DNA of 64,000 nucleotides from Oceanispirochaeta sp. (GCA_963666275.2 CAXXOA010000002.1:192001-256000), one strand, 5' to 3'. Numbered from the stretch's first letter, positions 39,166 through 49,934 are shown. Translations and numbers: made by a program. Notes: generated by a model from the letters alone, not told the origin.

Positions 39166-40860
39166 GTGCAGCTTTTCAAAAAGCGGAAACTCCTGAATAT
39201 AACAGCCCGGGAGATCCAGTTTCTGGACAATCTCTCTCTGTCTATTCTGGGTTTTGATAAAAAGAACCGTTTGATTTACGTAAGCCGTTACCTGAAAGAT
39301 CAGATTGGCCACGATACGATTCAGACAGGCATCACAAACCTGGAACTGCTGGATTTTCTGATTTCCATTGTGAATCCGGAAGATATCCGCTTTCTCAAAG
39401 AGAATCTTAAATCCGACCCCTCATGGGATCCCACGGGGACCCGTTTCCGCTACAGGATCAATGGAAAGCTCTACTCCTCAAAAATCATACTGGATACTCT
39501 CATATTGAAGGATTCCGGTCAGGAAGTATCCCTCTTTTTTCTCAAAGAGCAGAGAGAAACTCCGGAAACTGAACATTTGTCTCACATAAAAAGGAGCCTC
39601 ACTGGAAATTTCTATCTTCAGGAACATCTGAAAAACATCTTTGACCATCAGTATACCGAGGATAGACAGACCGCCCTCTTCCTTCTTTCAATAGATCAGT
39701 ACGAACAGATACAGAACAACCTGACTGAAGAAGAACTGAAGAGTATGAATCTGATCGTTCAGGAGCGTCTGAAAAGAAAAAATCCTACCATGGATCTGAT
39801 CAGTCACCGATGGGAGGAGGGACGATATGCGGGGATTCTTCCCCGGGTGGAATCCATTACTGAGCTGGCAAAACGAATGAATGCGATCCTCACGGCCTTT
39901 GAACATCCGATCCTCCTTTACACCAGTTCCCGGAAACTTCAGGTCAGTATGGGGCTAACCCTTTATCCCAGCCGCTGCAGCAGCATACAGAATATGATAA
40001 ATCAGGCGGAAATGGCACTTACCATTGCAGCCAGGCAGGGGGGGAACAGATATATTATCTACTCCCAGGAGCTGAAGGAGGGACAGCACCGTCCACACCT
40101 CATACATAACAGCCTGCCCCTGGCCCTGGAAAGGGAGGAAATGTTCCTCCGCTATCAGCCCCGTGTAGACAGCAGGGGCAATATCATCAGTGTGGAAACC
40201 CTGCTACGCTGGTATCATCCCGTGCTGGGCATGGTAAGTCCCGGAGAGTTCATCCCTCTGGCGGAGGACTCGGGCCAGATTATTCATGTGGGAGAGTGGG
40301 TACTGAAACAGGCCTGTCTGCAGGCGAAAAAGTGGATGCTGAACGGAATAGACCTTGTGGTCTCCGTGAATATATCACCGATTCAGATCCACCAGTTCAA
40401 CTCTTACAGGGTCATAGAGCAGATCCTCAAAGAAACCGGATTGCCTCCCGAAAGGCTGGAGCTTGAAGTGACAGAGATGACCCTGATGAACCATCTCGAG
40501 AAAACAGTGAATGCCCTCCGGAAAATCCACAACCTGGGGGTTAGGATTTCTCTGGACGACTTTGGCACCGGATTCTCTTCTCTGAGTTATCTTGGGACAT
40601 TTCCCGTGGATATTCTTAAAATTGACCAGTCCTTTGTAAAAGATATAATCCGGAACAATAACCATAAAAGCGTCGTTCAGGCGATTTACGATCTTGCAAG
40701 GAGCTTCCGATACCGGATCATTGCAGAGGGTGTCGAGACAGCTGAACAGGTTGAAATTCTGAAACAGATAGGCTGTGATGAGTTTCAGGGATTTTACTAC
40801 CATAAACCGATGACATCCGAAGAAGTGGAAGACCTGTACATTATGAGGGTCGTCTCATAG
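39166..40860 (+). CDS. c-di-GMP phosphodiesterase (degenerate GGDEF plus EAL)
   Basis: ETLLRW, SVNISP, ELEVTE, LDDFGTGFSSL, KIDQSFV, AEGVET; GGDEF site reads EEGRY. Confidence 0.9.
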   Translation: MQLFKKRKLLNITAREIQFLDNLSLSILGFDKKNRLIYVSRYLKDQIGHDTIQTGITNLELLDFLISIVNPEDIRFLKENLKSDPSWDPTGTRFRYRINGKLYSSKIILDTLILKDSGQEVSLFFLKEQRETPETEHLSHIKRSLTGNFYLQEHLKNIFDHQYTEDRQTALFLLSIDQYEQIQNNLTEEELKSMNLIVQERLKRKNPTMDLISHRWEEGRYAGILPRVESITELAKRMNAILTAFEHPILLYTSSRKLQVSMGLTLYPSRCSSIQNMINQAEMALTIAARQGGNRYIIYSQELKEGQHRPHLIHNSLPLALEREEMFLRYQPRVDSRGNIISVETLLRWYHPVLGMVSPGEFIPLAEDSGQIIHVGEWVLKQACLQAKKWMLNGIDLVVSVNISPIQIHQFNSYRVIEQILKETGLPPERLELEVTEMTLMNHLEKTVNALRKIHNLGVRISLDDFGTGFSSLSYLGTFPVDILKIDQSFVKDIIRNNNHKSVVQAIYDLARSFRYRIIAEGVETAEQVEILKQIGCDEFQGFYYHKPMTSEEVEDLYIMRVVS

Positions 40861-40952
40861 ACGGGCATTGGATCCTCCCGATCCTGTAAAAACCCGGCAT
40901 CTCCCGGGGATTCAGAATTGACTAAGACGGACATAAAGCTACAATTGACTCT

Positions 40953-41807
40953 ATGAAATTTGAAATAGACCAGTCTGTTTGTACCGGATGCGGGCTCTGC
41001 ATCAAAGAATGCCCCCCCGGAACAGTCAAAAAAGATGAGAAAACATCCAGAGTATCCATAGTGCAGGAAAACTGCATCGAGTGCAGTCACTGCGGCATGA
41101 TCTGTCCTGTGGGAGCAGTGAAGGCCGACGGACAGGACCTTCCCGGAATTCCGAAAAGTCTGAACCTCACAGAATATGAAAGGGCAGACCGCCTTATCAG
41201 GACAAAAAGATCCATCCGCCACTACAGGTCGGCTCCTCTTGTCCGGGAAGATCTTCAGGATATCCTTTACACCGGTTCGATTACCGCCACAGCCAGTAAC
41301 TCCCGGCATGTGAGCCCCGTTGTTCTGCAGGGAGGAGAGGTAGCCGCAGCGGCAGCACTGATTGCCAGAGAACTGCTGAAGGTTGTCGGTTTACTGAACA
41401 ATCCTCTGGTCCGGGCCCTGACAAGGAAAACGCCCATGGCCCGGTATACGGGCAAAGAGATGATGGACAGAAATATCAGAGCCCTGAAAAAAACTCTCAA
41501 AGGCAAGGGTGATCCCCTCTTTTTCCATGCGCCGGCGGTGATTATTCTGACCTACCCCAAAAAGGGAAAACGCTTCGGCCGCACCGACTGCTCCCTGGCG
41601 GGAGCCCATATGATGCTGTCCGCCCATGCAAGAGGAATCGGATCCTGTATGATCGGGTTTGCCGAAGCGGCACTCTGGAGAAAAGCCGCCAGAAAGCAGC
41701 TTGGAATTCCTGAGGACAGGAAAATCGGACTGATTTTCACACTGGGGTATACGGATAAAAAATACTACCGTTATCCTGTCAGAAACTCATGGGAGCCGGC
41801 GGAGTAA
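40953..41807 (+). CDS. Nitroreductase with N-terminal 2x[4Fe-4S] ferredoxin domain
   Basis: CTGCGLCIKECP and CIECSHCGMICP; RSIRHY; GIGSCMIG. Confidence 0.9.
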   Translation: MKFEIDQSVCTGCGLCIKECPPGTVKKDEKTSRVSIVQENCIECSHCGMICPVGAVKADGQDLPGIPKSLNLTEYERADRLIRTKRSIRHYRSAPLVREDLQDILYTGSITATASNSRHVSPVVLQGGEVAAAAALIARELLKVVGLLNNPLVRALTRKTPMARYTGKEMMDRNIRALKKTLKGKGDPLFFHAPAVIILTYPKKGKRFGRTDCSLAGAHMMLSAHARGIGSCMIGFAEAALWRKAARKQLGIPEDRKIGLIFTLGYTDKKYYRYPVRNSWEPAE

Positions 41808-41817
41808 ATAACGCGTC

Positions 41818-42258
41818 TCAGGTGTTATAGCCTTTCTCTTCGAGCCAGGCCAGTAGTCCCGGCATGATACCGGGGAAGCGGGTGTTTTCAACGGGAAAGG
41901 TTTTAACAAAAGCTACCTCTTCGATCTCATACTCCTCGGGGAGAGGATCAAACTCCTGAATTTCCGAATGGTAGATGGCTCCCCAGCTCATGCTGTCTCC
42001 GTTATCCACACTGAAGTCACCTATCCGGGAAAGGGAGTACTTTGTGGCACCGGTTTCTTCGTACAATTCTCTGTGAGTCGCCTCATCAATAGTTTCACCC
42101 TCTTCGCGGTGTCCTCCGGGAAATCCCCAGTCAGTTTTCCCTTTAAGACGGACAATAACCCATTTGCCTTTATGCCTGGCGGCGATGACCATATATTCCA
42201 GCAGAGCGTCCTCGGCGGTGCCTTCGGGGGCGATACTGTGGAGATCTCGTTTTATCAT
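41818..42258 (-). CDS. NUDIX hydrolase
   Basis: Nudix box GGHREEGETIDEATHRELYEETG. Confidence 0.92.
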   Translation of the reverse strand: MIKRDLHSIAPEGTAEDALLEYMVIAARHKGKWVIVRLKGKTDWGFPGGHREEGETIDEATHRELYEETGATKYSLSRIGDFSVDNGDSMSWGAIYHSEIQEFDPLPEEYEIEEVAFVKTFPVENTRFPGIMPGLLAWLEEKGYNT

Positions 42259-42304
42259 GAATCTATTCTATCAGGATCGGGGTGCCCCTTCCAGCCGGGA
42301 AGAC

Positions 42305-43339
42305 TTATTTTGCCCGTACATACTGCTTCGGCCAGTAATCCAGATCGATGCCCCTCTCCTGGGCGGTCTGCAGAGGAAAGTAGGGATTCCGGAGGAGTTC
42401 CCGCCCCAGAAAAACCATATCACTGCTCTGAGAAGACAAAACCTCTTCCACCTGATCGGGATCTGTGATCAAACCGCCGCCGACCACAGGCAGGCCGGTG
42501 AGCTCTTTAATTGTTTTTGCCGCAGGAATCTGATAGGCCGGTCCCAGAGGGATCCTGGCATGGGGGATGACACCTCCGGTGCTGACATGGACGATATCGA
42601 CCCCTTCCTGTTTCACAAGATTCACAGCTTCCGCCAGGTCTCCCGCCTGATTTCCCCCTTCTCCGTAATCGAGAGCAGAGACTCTCAGCATCAGGGGATT
42701 CCGTGCTTTCCAGACAGAACGGACCGCTTTGATAATCTCAAGAAGAAGAGCCGTACGACCGGGCATCCCACCTCCGTAGGCATCGCTCCTGAGGTTTGTC
42801 AGGGGAGACAGAAACTCGCTGATAAGATAACCATGGGCTCCATGGATTTCCAGAATCTGATACCCCGCTTCCATGGCTCGCTCCGCTGCGGCCTTAAAGG
42901 AGTTAACCACATGGGCGATATCCTCTTCACCCATCTCACGGGGGGTAACATAAGAGCTGTCTTCCGGATCGAAATTGATGGGAGAGGGAGCTATAATATC
43001 TTCTCCGGGAACCGTACATTTCCGTCCCGCGTGAGCCAGCTGAATCCCGGCGACAGCCCCTTCCGCTTTGATGGCAGAAGCAATTTCAGAAAGTCCGGAG
43101 ATATGGTCATCATCCCAGATTCCCAGATCATGTGAAGAGATTCGCCCTCTGGCTTCTACAGCTGTGGCTTCCTGTATAATCAGGCCGCATCCGCCCTGGG
43201 CTCTTGTCCTGTAGTGAAAAGTATGCCAGGGAGTGGAATGCCCGCTTTCGGGGGCACTGTACATACACATGGGGGGCATGACAATCCTGTTTCTCAATTC
43301 AATATTCTTTATCTTTAAGGGAGAAAAAAAATGATCCAA
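42305..43339 (-). CDS. NADH:flavin oxidoreductase (Old Yellow Enzyme, NamA/YqjM-like)
   Basis: PMCMYS, IQLAHAGRK, EIHGAHGYLISEFLSP, GRELLRNPYF. Confidence 0.92.
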   Translation of the reverse strand: MDHFFSPLKIKNIELRNRIVMPPMCMYSAPESGHSTPWHTFHYRTRAQGGCGLIIQEATAVEARGRISSHDLGIWDDDHISGLSEIASAIKAEGAVAGIQLAHAGRKCTVPGEDIIAPSPINFDPEDSSYVTPREMGEEDIAHVVNSFKAAAERAMEAGYQILEIHGAHGYLISEFLSPLTNLRSDAYGGGMPGRTALLLEIIKAVRSVWKARNPLMLRVSALDYGEGGNQAGDLAEAVNLVKQEGVDIVHVSTGGVIPHARIPLGPAYQIPAAKTIKELTGLPVVGGGLITDPDQVEEVLSSQSSDMVFLGRELLRNPYFPLQTAQERGIDLDYWPKQYVRAK

Positions 43340-43407
43340 AATATCCTCCAGAAAGGCAGTTTTTTAAAAGGTAATTATTTCTTACGGATTAGCCAATCCA
43401 AATCGTC

Positions 43408-43635
43408 CTAGAAACCGACCAGATTCCTTTTAATCAGATTCCGCCCCAGATTGAGCCCCTCTTTGGCCGCCTCTTCTTTCAGTATGTAATGGATATTGTC
43501 ATTGGCATGGAAAAGCTGAGAGCTCTGAGAACCTTCCATCTCTTTCCGGATCTCTATCGAGACAGACCACTTCCCCGAGGGCTCCAGGGTCGGTTCGGAA
43601 AGGATCTGATAATTCTGGAAAATTTCTTTAATCAT
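43408..43635 (-). CDS. Small hypothetical protein
   Basis: 75-aa ORF with normal composition. Confidence 0.6.
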   Translation of the reverse strand: MIKEIFQNYQILSEPTLEPSGKWSVSIEIRKEMEGSQSSQLFHANDNIHYILKEEAAKEGLNLGRNLIKRNLVGF

Positions 43636-43657
43636 ACAGGAATGTCAGAAAGAGTTA

Positions 43658-43855
43658 TCATGCGTTAAGAGCCGGAGGCAGATTCCCGTCCAGGACCCGC
43701 TGAAAAAGGCCTATGATATAATCTTCCTTTTTCATAAGGAGCCAATACTGGGTGATGTCCCCGAAAAGGACATAAAAGCCTCTCTTCTCGTAATAATCCC
43801 GGGTTTTAATGATATCTGTAACATTCAGAGTCATGGAAAATAGCGGTAATTTCAT
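43658..43855 (-). pseudogene. Truncated VOC/glyoxalase-family gene
   Basis: AGGAGAGG RBS; MKLPLFSMTLNVTDIIKTRDYYEKRGF...QYWLLMKKEDYIIGLFQ resembles the first half of ~125-aa VOC proteins, then stops. Confidence 0.6.
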
Positions 43856-44009
43856 ATATCCTCTCCTACCTGACTTACCTCGGGATCGATTCCCTACTTA
43901 AAGTATGATCAAAACAGAAAGAATATGAAACGTTTGCATAAGTGGAAATCAGGCCCGTTTATTATTCTGCAGACTGATCCTGCCAATAGGCAAGAGAGTC
44001 CCGGAAGCG

Positions 44010-45216
44010 CTAGGAGGAAACAACAACCCGGTTCCTTCCGCTCTTTTTTGCCTCATACAGAGCTTTATCCACCTCTTTATAGGCCTTGTCAAAACTTGTA
44101 TTCACTCCAGGTGAAATCGCTGCCATTCCGATACTGACCGTGATGGAGATAGTGATATCACCTGCCGAAAGTGGCGTTTCCGCAAAAAGACGCCTCAGCC
44201 TCTCAGCAGAGAGAAAACTATCTCCTCCGGGCTGGGCGGGAAAGAAAAGAATGAACTCCTCCCCTCCCCAACGGGCCGAGAGATCCTCTTCTCTTATCTC
44301 TCTGTTCAGCAAATCCGCGATTCCCTGAAGAACCTGGTCTCCCGTATCATGGCCGTATGTATCATTGATCCTTTTGAAATGGTCCACATCAAGAAGCAGC
44401 AGAGTTCCCTCTCTTTTATACCTCTCAATAAGAACAAGTTCTTTCTCAATGATCTCTTCAAAATACCGTCGATTTCCCATACCGGTCAGAGGATCATGAG
44501 TGGCCAGGTGGGCGAACTTTTTATTTGCCTCTTTCAGGAGCAGATTTTTCAGCCTGTGAAGATAGTAGTCTCTGTACATAAAGGAGGAGATGAAGAGACT
44601 GGCCACAAATATAACGAAGCTGTTCACTGCAGCTGAGATTTTTACAGACAGTTCTACATCCAGCTTGAAAACACCCGCAAAAAAAAATGATAAAGGGGAC
44701 TCCGAAAACAGGAAGATTACCGGGAAACCGGATCAGGCAGAGAAGTCCTGCAATCAGCATACTGCTTGTATAGACGACAAGCTGCCCCGTCCCCTGTAAA
44801 TCCAGAAGGGCAATGAGAGAAAGCAGAGACAGAATGAGCACCAGAAAAAATGGAGGGAGAAACTTGAGCCTCAGGGAGCACTGGCCTCCCCGCCTGTTAT
44901 GGAAGATTGCCAGGAATATCAGGATAAAAACAATGGTAACAATTCCGAGAAGACCGTGCAGCAGAAGATATTGACCGAAGACTCCGGCTTCCTCCGGGTC
45001 TGCTTCCTTTAAACGGGGCAGGTCAAGCAAAAGGATAAGAAGGATTTCCATCACAAAAATGGCACCACAGTATATACCGCCCCTGCGGCAGTTTGCATTG
45101 GCAATCCTGCTTTTAATCTGCTGATCCTGTGCAGGGGTAGGCACCAGGTCTGAACCAAGAGAGAGATACTGTAAAAAAAAATTCAGTAACGGGGAAAAGC
45201 GGTTTCTATTTTTCAT
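44010..45216 (-). pseudogene. Membrane diguanylate cyclase split by a 1-bp frameshift in a T9 tract
   Basis: TM-rich ORF 44521-45216 and GGEEF ORF 44010-44627 join in frame if the A9 run at 44679-44687 were A8. Confidence 0.85.
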
Positions 45217-45411
45217 AACAGCTCTTTAGTTCATGAACACGGGATTTGGAACAGTTCTCATTATAGGAGGAGCCACTGGCCGGTTCAACTCTTATTTTTA
45301 TAAAAACAGACTCCTGCGGCCGGAAAAACAGCAGGACAGCAATTGTTCTGATGCCCTGTAGAAGGAACCGGGGTTAGACAGAAATGACGGGTTTTGGTAT
45401 GATCGATCATT

Positions 45412-47919
45412 ATGAGCAAATACCCGTACAAAGAGATAGAAGCCCGTTGGCAAAAATACTGGGAAGAGAATAAAACCTTTAAGGTCTCTGAGGATCCGGC
45501 CTTCCCCCGGGAGAAGAGAGCCTATGTTCTGGATATGTTTCCTTATCCGTCCGGAGCCGGTCTCCATGTAGGTCATCCCGAAGGCTATACGGCCACAGAT
45601 ATTTACTGCCGCTACCTGAGGATGAACGGTTATAATGTGCTGCATCCCATGGGATTCGACTCCTTTGGACTCCCTGCGGAAAACTATGCCATTAAAACAG
45701 GAACCCATCCCAAAATTACCACAGAAGCGAATATCGAAAACTTCCTGAAACAGATAAAAGCTCTGGGATTCAGTTATGATTGGGACCGGGAGATTTCCAC
45801 CCATACCTCTGAATACTACCACTGGACCCAGTGGATATTCCTTCAGCTGTATAAAAAGGGCCTGGCCTATGAATCGGATATGCCCATCAACTGGTGCCCC
45901 GACTGTAAAACCGGACTGGCCAATGAGGAAGTTCTGGACGGACGCTGTGACCGCTGCGGTCACCAGGTGGAAAGAAAGAACCTGAGACAGTGGGTATTTA
46001 AAATTACCGAATACGCAGACAAGCTCCTGGAAGATCTGGATACTCTGGACTGGCCCGATTCAGTCAAAGCCATGCAGAGGAACTGGATCGGCCGCTCCGA
46101 AGGGGCAAATGTCACTTTTAAAATTGAAAAAACCGAAGACCCGATCCATGTTTACACAACCCGTCCGGATACCCTGTTCGGTGCGACCTATATGGTTCTG
46201 GCTCCCGAGCACGATCTTGTGGGAAAAATCACCACGCCTGAACAGAAAGAGGCTGTAGAAGCCTATGTCCGTCAGGCCAATCTGAAGAGCGACCTGGAAC
46301 GGACCGAACTGGCCAAAGATAAAACCGGTGTATTTACCGGATCCTATGCGATCAATCCCATGAACGGAAAGAAAATCCCTGTATGGGTTGCCGACTACGT
46401 TCTTATATCCTACGGCCACGGAGCCATTATGGCTGTACCCGCCCACGATGAAAGGGACTGGGAATTTGCCAAAAAATTTGACCTCCCCATAATTGAAGTT
46501 CTGGAGGGAGGAAACGTCGAGGATGAAGCCTTCACCGGCGACGGCCCCCATGTGAACTCGGACTTTCTGAATGGAATGGGCAAAGAGGAAGCCATTTCCA
46601 CAGTCATCAAATGGCTGGAGGAAGAAGGCATCGGAACCGGAGCAGTCAATTACAAACTGAGAGACTGGATCTTCAGCCGCCAGAGATACTGGGGAGAGCC
46701 GATTCCCCTTGTGCACTGCGAGAAGTGCGGAATCGTCCCGGTTCCCGAGGACCAGCTTCCCCTGGAACTGCCTCCCACAGATGACTTTCATCCCTCCAAT
46801 ACGGGAGAATCACCCCTGGCCAATATCGAAGAGTGGGTGAACTGTGAATGTCCTGTCTGCGGCGGCCCGGGAAGACGGGAAACCAATACCATGCCCCAGT
46901 GGGCGGGAAGCTGCTGGTACTATCTGCGCTATGTGGATCCCAAAAATCCTTCCGCCTTTGTCGGAAAAGAAGCAGAAGACTACTGGATGCCTGTGGACCT
47001 TTATGTGGGAGGAGCGGAACATGCGGTTCTTCACCTTCTGTACAGCCGGTTCTGGCACAAGGTCCTTTTTGATCTGGGACTGGTAAAGGACAAAGAGCCC
47101 TTCCAGAGACTGATCAACCAGGGAATGATAACCTCCTTTGCCTATCAGCGCTCTGACAAGTCCCTTGTCCCCACCGATATGGTGGAGGAAAAAGACGGCA
47201 AGTACATTGAAAGCGCCACAGGCGAAGAGGTAACTCAGGTTATTGCCAAAATGTCCAAGTCCCTGAAGAACGTCATCAATCCGGACGATATTATCCGGGA
47301 TTACGGCGCCGACTCCATGAGGATGTACGAAATGTTCATGGGCCCCCTGCAGGTATCCAAACCCTGGCAGACAAAAGGCCTTGTGGGCGTGAACAGATTC
47401 CTGAACAGAGTCTGGGATATTGCGGAGCGGGAAATCACCGATGAGGACCCCTCCAAAGAGATGCTCAAGGTTCTGCATAAAACGATCAAGAAAGTCACTG
47501 ACGATACCCGGGAGCTGGAGTTCAACACAGGCATCGCCCAGATGATGATCTTCATCAACGAGGCTTTTAAGCTGGAGAAGTGTTTCCGCAAACTCTGGGA
47601 ACCCTTTGTCCTCCTCATTGCCCCCTATGCTCCTCATCTGGCAGAAGAGATGTGGAAGCGCCTAGGCAAAGAAGGGACCCTGGCCTACGAATCCTGGCCT
47701 GTGTACATGGAAGAGCTTACAAAAGACGACGAGAAGGAAGTGGTTGTTCAGATCAACGGTAAAGTCCGCTGCAAGATGATGCTTCCAGCGGGAACCAGTC
47801 CCGATGAAATGAAAAAAGCCGCTCATGCCCAGGAAAGGGTACAGGAGTACACAGAAGGAAAGACGATTATCAAAGAGATCGCCATTCCCGATAAGCTTGT
47901 GAATATTGTTGTAAAGTAA
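45412..47919 (+). CDS. leuS: Leucine-tRNA ligase
   Basis: [14 protein letters not shown] (HIGH), [15 protein letters not shown] editing domain, C-terminal KLVNIVV. Confidence 0.98.
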   Translation: MSKYPYKEIEARWQKYWEENKTFKVSEDPAFPREKRAYVLDMFPYPSGAGLHVGHPEGYTATDIYCRYLRMNGYNVLHPMGFDSFGLPAENYAIKTGTHPKITTEANIENFLKQIKALGFSYDWDREISTHTSEYYHWTQWIFLQLYKKGLAYESDMPINWCPDCKTGLANEEVLDGRCDRCGHQVERKNLRQWVFKITEYADKLLEDLDTLDWPDSVKAMQRNWIGRSEGANVTFKIEKTEDPIHVYTTRPDTLFGATYMVLAPEHDLVGKITTPEQKEAVEAYVRQANLKSDLERTELAKDKTGVFTGSYAINPMNGKKIPVWVADYVLISYGHGAIMAVPAHDERDWEFAKKFDLPIIEVLEGGNVEDEAFTGDGPHVNSDFLNGMGKEEAISTVIKWLEEEGIGTGAVNYKLRDWIFSRQRYWGEPIPLVHCEKCGIVPVPEDQLPLELPPTDDFHPSNTGESPLANIEEWVNCECPVCGGPGRRETNTMPQWAGSCWYYLRYVDPKNPSAFVGKEAEDYWMPVDLYVGGAEHAVLHLLYSRFWHKVLFDLGLVKDKEPFQRLINQGMITSFAYQRSDKSLVPTDMVEEKDGKYIESATGEEVTQVIAKMSKSLKNVINPDDIIRDYGADSMRMYEMFMGPLQVSKPWQTKGLVGVNRFLNRVWDIAEREITDEDPSKEMLKVLHKTIKKVTDDTRELEFNTGIAQMMIFINEAFKLEKCFRKLWEPFVLLIAPYAPHLAEEMWKRLGKEGTLAYESWPVYMEELTKDDEKEVVVQINGKVRCKMMLPAGTSPDEMKKAAHAQERVQEYTEGKTIIKEIAIPDKLVNIVVK

Positions 47920-47940
47920 TCGGATTTAGAAAGTAGAATC

Positions 47941-47974
47941 AGCCCCGGGAGCCAGAGCTTACCGGGGCTTTTTA
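47941..47974 (+). terminator. leuS terminator
   Basis: AGCCCCGG...CCGGGGCT followed by a T-run. Confidence 0.8.
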
Positions 47975-48277
47975 TTCTTTCAATTGGAGCATATATTTTC
48001 TCAGCTCCCTTTCGGCTCTCATAATATGCAGTATAAAAACTCTCTCTTCAGTATATCTGTAAAAAAGCCTAACAGGATTGATAACCAGTTCTCTATAAAG
48101 CCTGCTGTCAGTTTCAGGAGGAGTCCGGCCTGATTCGGGAAACTCTTTCAGGTGCCCCACTCTCTCCAGAACCCGGGCTACCAGTTTTTCTGCAGCATTC
48201 ATATTTACCAGAGCAATATAATCTGCAATGCCTTCCAAATCTCTCAAAGCAGATTCGGTCCAGATTATTTCAGCCAT
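47972..48277 (-). CDS. RelE/ParE-family toxin
   Basis: IIWTESALRDLEGIADYIA, FPESGR, YRELVINPVRLFYR. Confidence 0.9.
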   Translation of the reverse strand: MAEIIWTESALRDLEGIADYIALVNMNAAEKLVARVLERVGHLKEFPESGRTPPETDSRLYRELVINPVRLFYRYTEERVFILHIMRAERELRKYMLQLKE

Positions 48278-48522
48278 TTATTCAATCTTTTTTGAACAGC
48301 CTCTTCACCGAAAGTGTTACCTTCCAGGATATCCTTTTCCCCTTTAGCGATACCTTCCAGGATCCGGATCCTTTTTTCCTGCATCTCATAGGCTTCAGCA
48401 TCGATCAGATAGGCCGACGGTTTGCCATGTTCTGTTATCAGAACCGGTTCTTTTGATTCATGCAGTTCAGCAAGGATTTTCGTAGCTTGACGTTTCAATG
48501 TTGTCACGAGCTCTGTTTTCAT
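48265..48522 (-). CDS. Phd/YefM-family antitoxin
   Basis: VTTLKRQATKIL...PVLITEHGKPSAYL; overlaps toxin start. Confidence 0.9.
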   Translation of the reverse strand: MKTELVTTLKRQATKILAELHESKEPVLITEHGKPSAYLIDAEAYEMQEKRIRILEGIAKGEKDILEGNTFGEEAVQKRLNKWLK

Positions 48523-48526
48523 AAAT

Positions 48527-48559
48527 GTAATACTAAAGTATCACTTCCTTAGCTGTCAA
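48527..48559 (-). promoter_or_regulatory. TA promoter with operator palindrome
   Basis: TTGACA-18 bp-TAGTAT; imperfect palindrome GTGATACTTTAGTATTAC overlaps the -10. Confidence 0.65.
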
Positions 48560-48668
48560 GTTTTCCAAATAAGCTGTGAATATTGCTGGAAAGGAATCGG
48601 ATTTGAAAAAAATCAGCCCCGGGAGCGAAAGCTTTCCGGGGCTTTTTTATTCGAAACCAGTGTACATT

Positions 48669-49421
48669 CTATTTTGTGAAGGTCTGAATATCATCTCCCG
48701 AACTGGTGAATGTCAAAGCTTTTGCACTTGCGATCATAGTGCTGAAATCCGTATCATCAAAAGAAATTGGATCATAATTTCCATCAAGGGTCACTTTTAT
48801 GACCTTGAAATCGGCATACTTTGTAGGACTTGCGCTCTGATTCGCCAAATCTTCCAGATCATAATTCGTTAAATAATACTCCACGTCCTCCGGTTGATAG
48901 GAAAAGGTCAGGGTCTGTCCGTCCGAACTAAGCTTACCTTTGGTATAGAACAGGTAGAAGGTTTCAGCATCAGAAGGTGCTCCGATATAGTCAGCCATAT
49001 TTTCATTATGGGAAGGAATCATTACCCACTCATCGACTCCTGTTAACTTCTCGGGACAGTAAATGGTTCCGTTATTATACTCACCATATTCACCGTCAAA
49101 ATAGGTAAAAGAACTGTCTGTTAAAGTTAATGTATCAGTATAGGAAGAAGCGCTGCCGTATGAATAGGAGAATTTCCACTGGCCTTCAAACCCGAAGTCA
49201 ATACTGCTATCGGAACAAACACTGCTGGTTTCTTCCACTTCTTCATCAACTTCACTCAGTTCAGAATTGTATGTGGCAGATAATGAATCATTTTCATAGA
49301 TGGAGATAACGAGATTTGCTTCTGTTATCGCACCATTTACGATCATACCGGAAAGAGAAAACACTATCCTGAATGTGCCTATAGACCCTGTTGCGCTTAC
49401 TCCGTTTATTTTTATCAACAA
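48669..49421 (-). CDS. AT-rich hypothetical protein, probably a 5'-truncated exported-protein remnant
   Basis: TTG start with no RBS, in-frame stop 6 codons upstream; S/T/D/Y-rich. Confidence 0.55.
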   Translation of the reverse strand: MLIKINGVSATGSIGTFRIVFSLSGMIVNGAITEANLVISIYENDSLSATYNSELSEVDEEVEETSSVCSDSSIDFGFEGQWKFSYSYGSASSYTDTLTLTDSSFTYFDGEYGEYNNGTIYCPEKLTGVDEWVMIPSHNENMADYIGAPSDAETFYLFYTKGKLSSDGQTLTFSYQPEDVEYYLTNYDLEDLANQSASPTKYADFKVIKVTLDGNYDPISFDDTDFSTMIASAKALTFTSSGDDIQTFTK

Positions 49422-49499
49422 GATTGGATCCGGCTTCTATATTTTTTATATAACCAGAAAAATACGGAGAGGTATATTAGTAAGAATTCAGAAAAGAAA

Positions 49500-49901
49500 T
49501 CAGAGATCCAGAAGCAGCTCTTTCAGCAGTTTGACCTTTTCCAGGCCTATCCTGGCGGCAACCTCTGCTTCCAGTTCAGCTTTCATTGCCAGATTATCCC
49601 GGCAGAATTCTTTACCCTTTCCAGTCAGTTTCAGGATTTTCTCCCTTTTGCTGGAGCCCTCTTTCTGAAGCAGAAACCCTTTTTCAATCAAATCGGACGA
49701 ACATTTGTGCACAGCCTGTCGGGACATGTTCATAAACCGGGCAACAGCGGAGATAGACAGTTCCTGATGATAGAGACGGTTCAGCAGATGCCCTTCGGCC
49801 CGGGTTATATCACTACCGTGTTCACTGACCCAGCGGGCATCCAGTTCCTTCCGGAGCTCCAGGTGTCTGTCACTGATCAGGTCTATAAGATTAGATTGCA
49901 T
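49500..49901 (-). CDS. MarR-family transcriptional regulator
   Basis: ISAVARFMNMSRQAVHK...LIEKGFL...REKILKLTGKG. Confidence 0.9.
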   Translation of the reverse strand: MQSNLIDLISDRHLELRKELDARWVSEHGSDITRAEGHLLNRLYHQELSISAVARFMNMSRQAVHKCSSDLIEKGFLLQKEGSSKREKILKLTGKGKEFCRDNLAMKAELEAEVAARIGLEKVKLLKELLLDL

Positions 49902-49917
49902 TTTTACCCTTTCCAAT

Positions 49918-49934
49918 TGTCAACTTGATTGACA
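49918..49934. promoter_or_regulatory. Palindrome TGTCAA-N5-TTGACA, probable MarR operator overlapping a -35
   Basis: Perfect inverted repeat between divergent marR and membrane-protein genes. Confidence 0.55.

Larger units (their letters stand above)
47891..48651 (+). repeat. Imperfect ~85-bp direct repeats (leuS 3' end plus terminator) flanking a TA module
   Basis: 47891-47976 versus 48569-48651 share ATAAGC..TGTGAATATTG, AATCGGATTT and AATCAGCCCCGGGAGC...CCGGGGCTTTTT. Confidence 0.85.
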
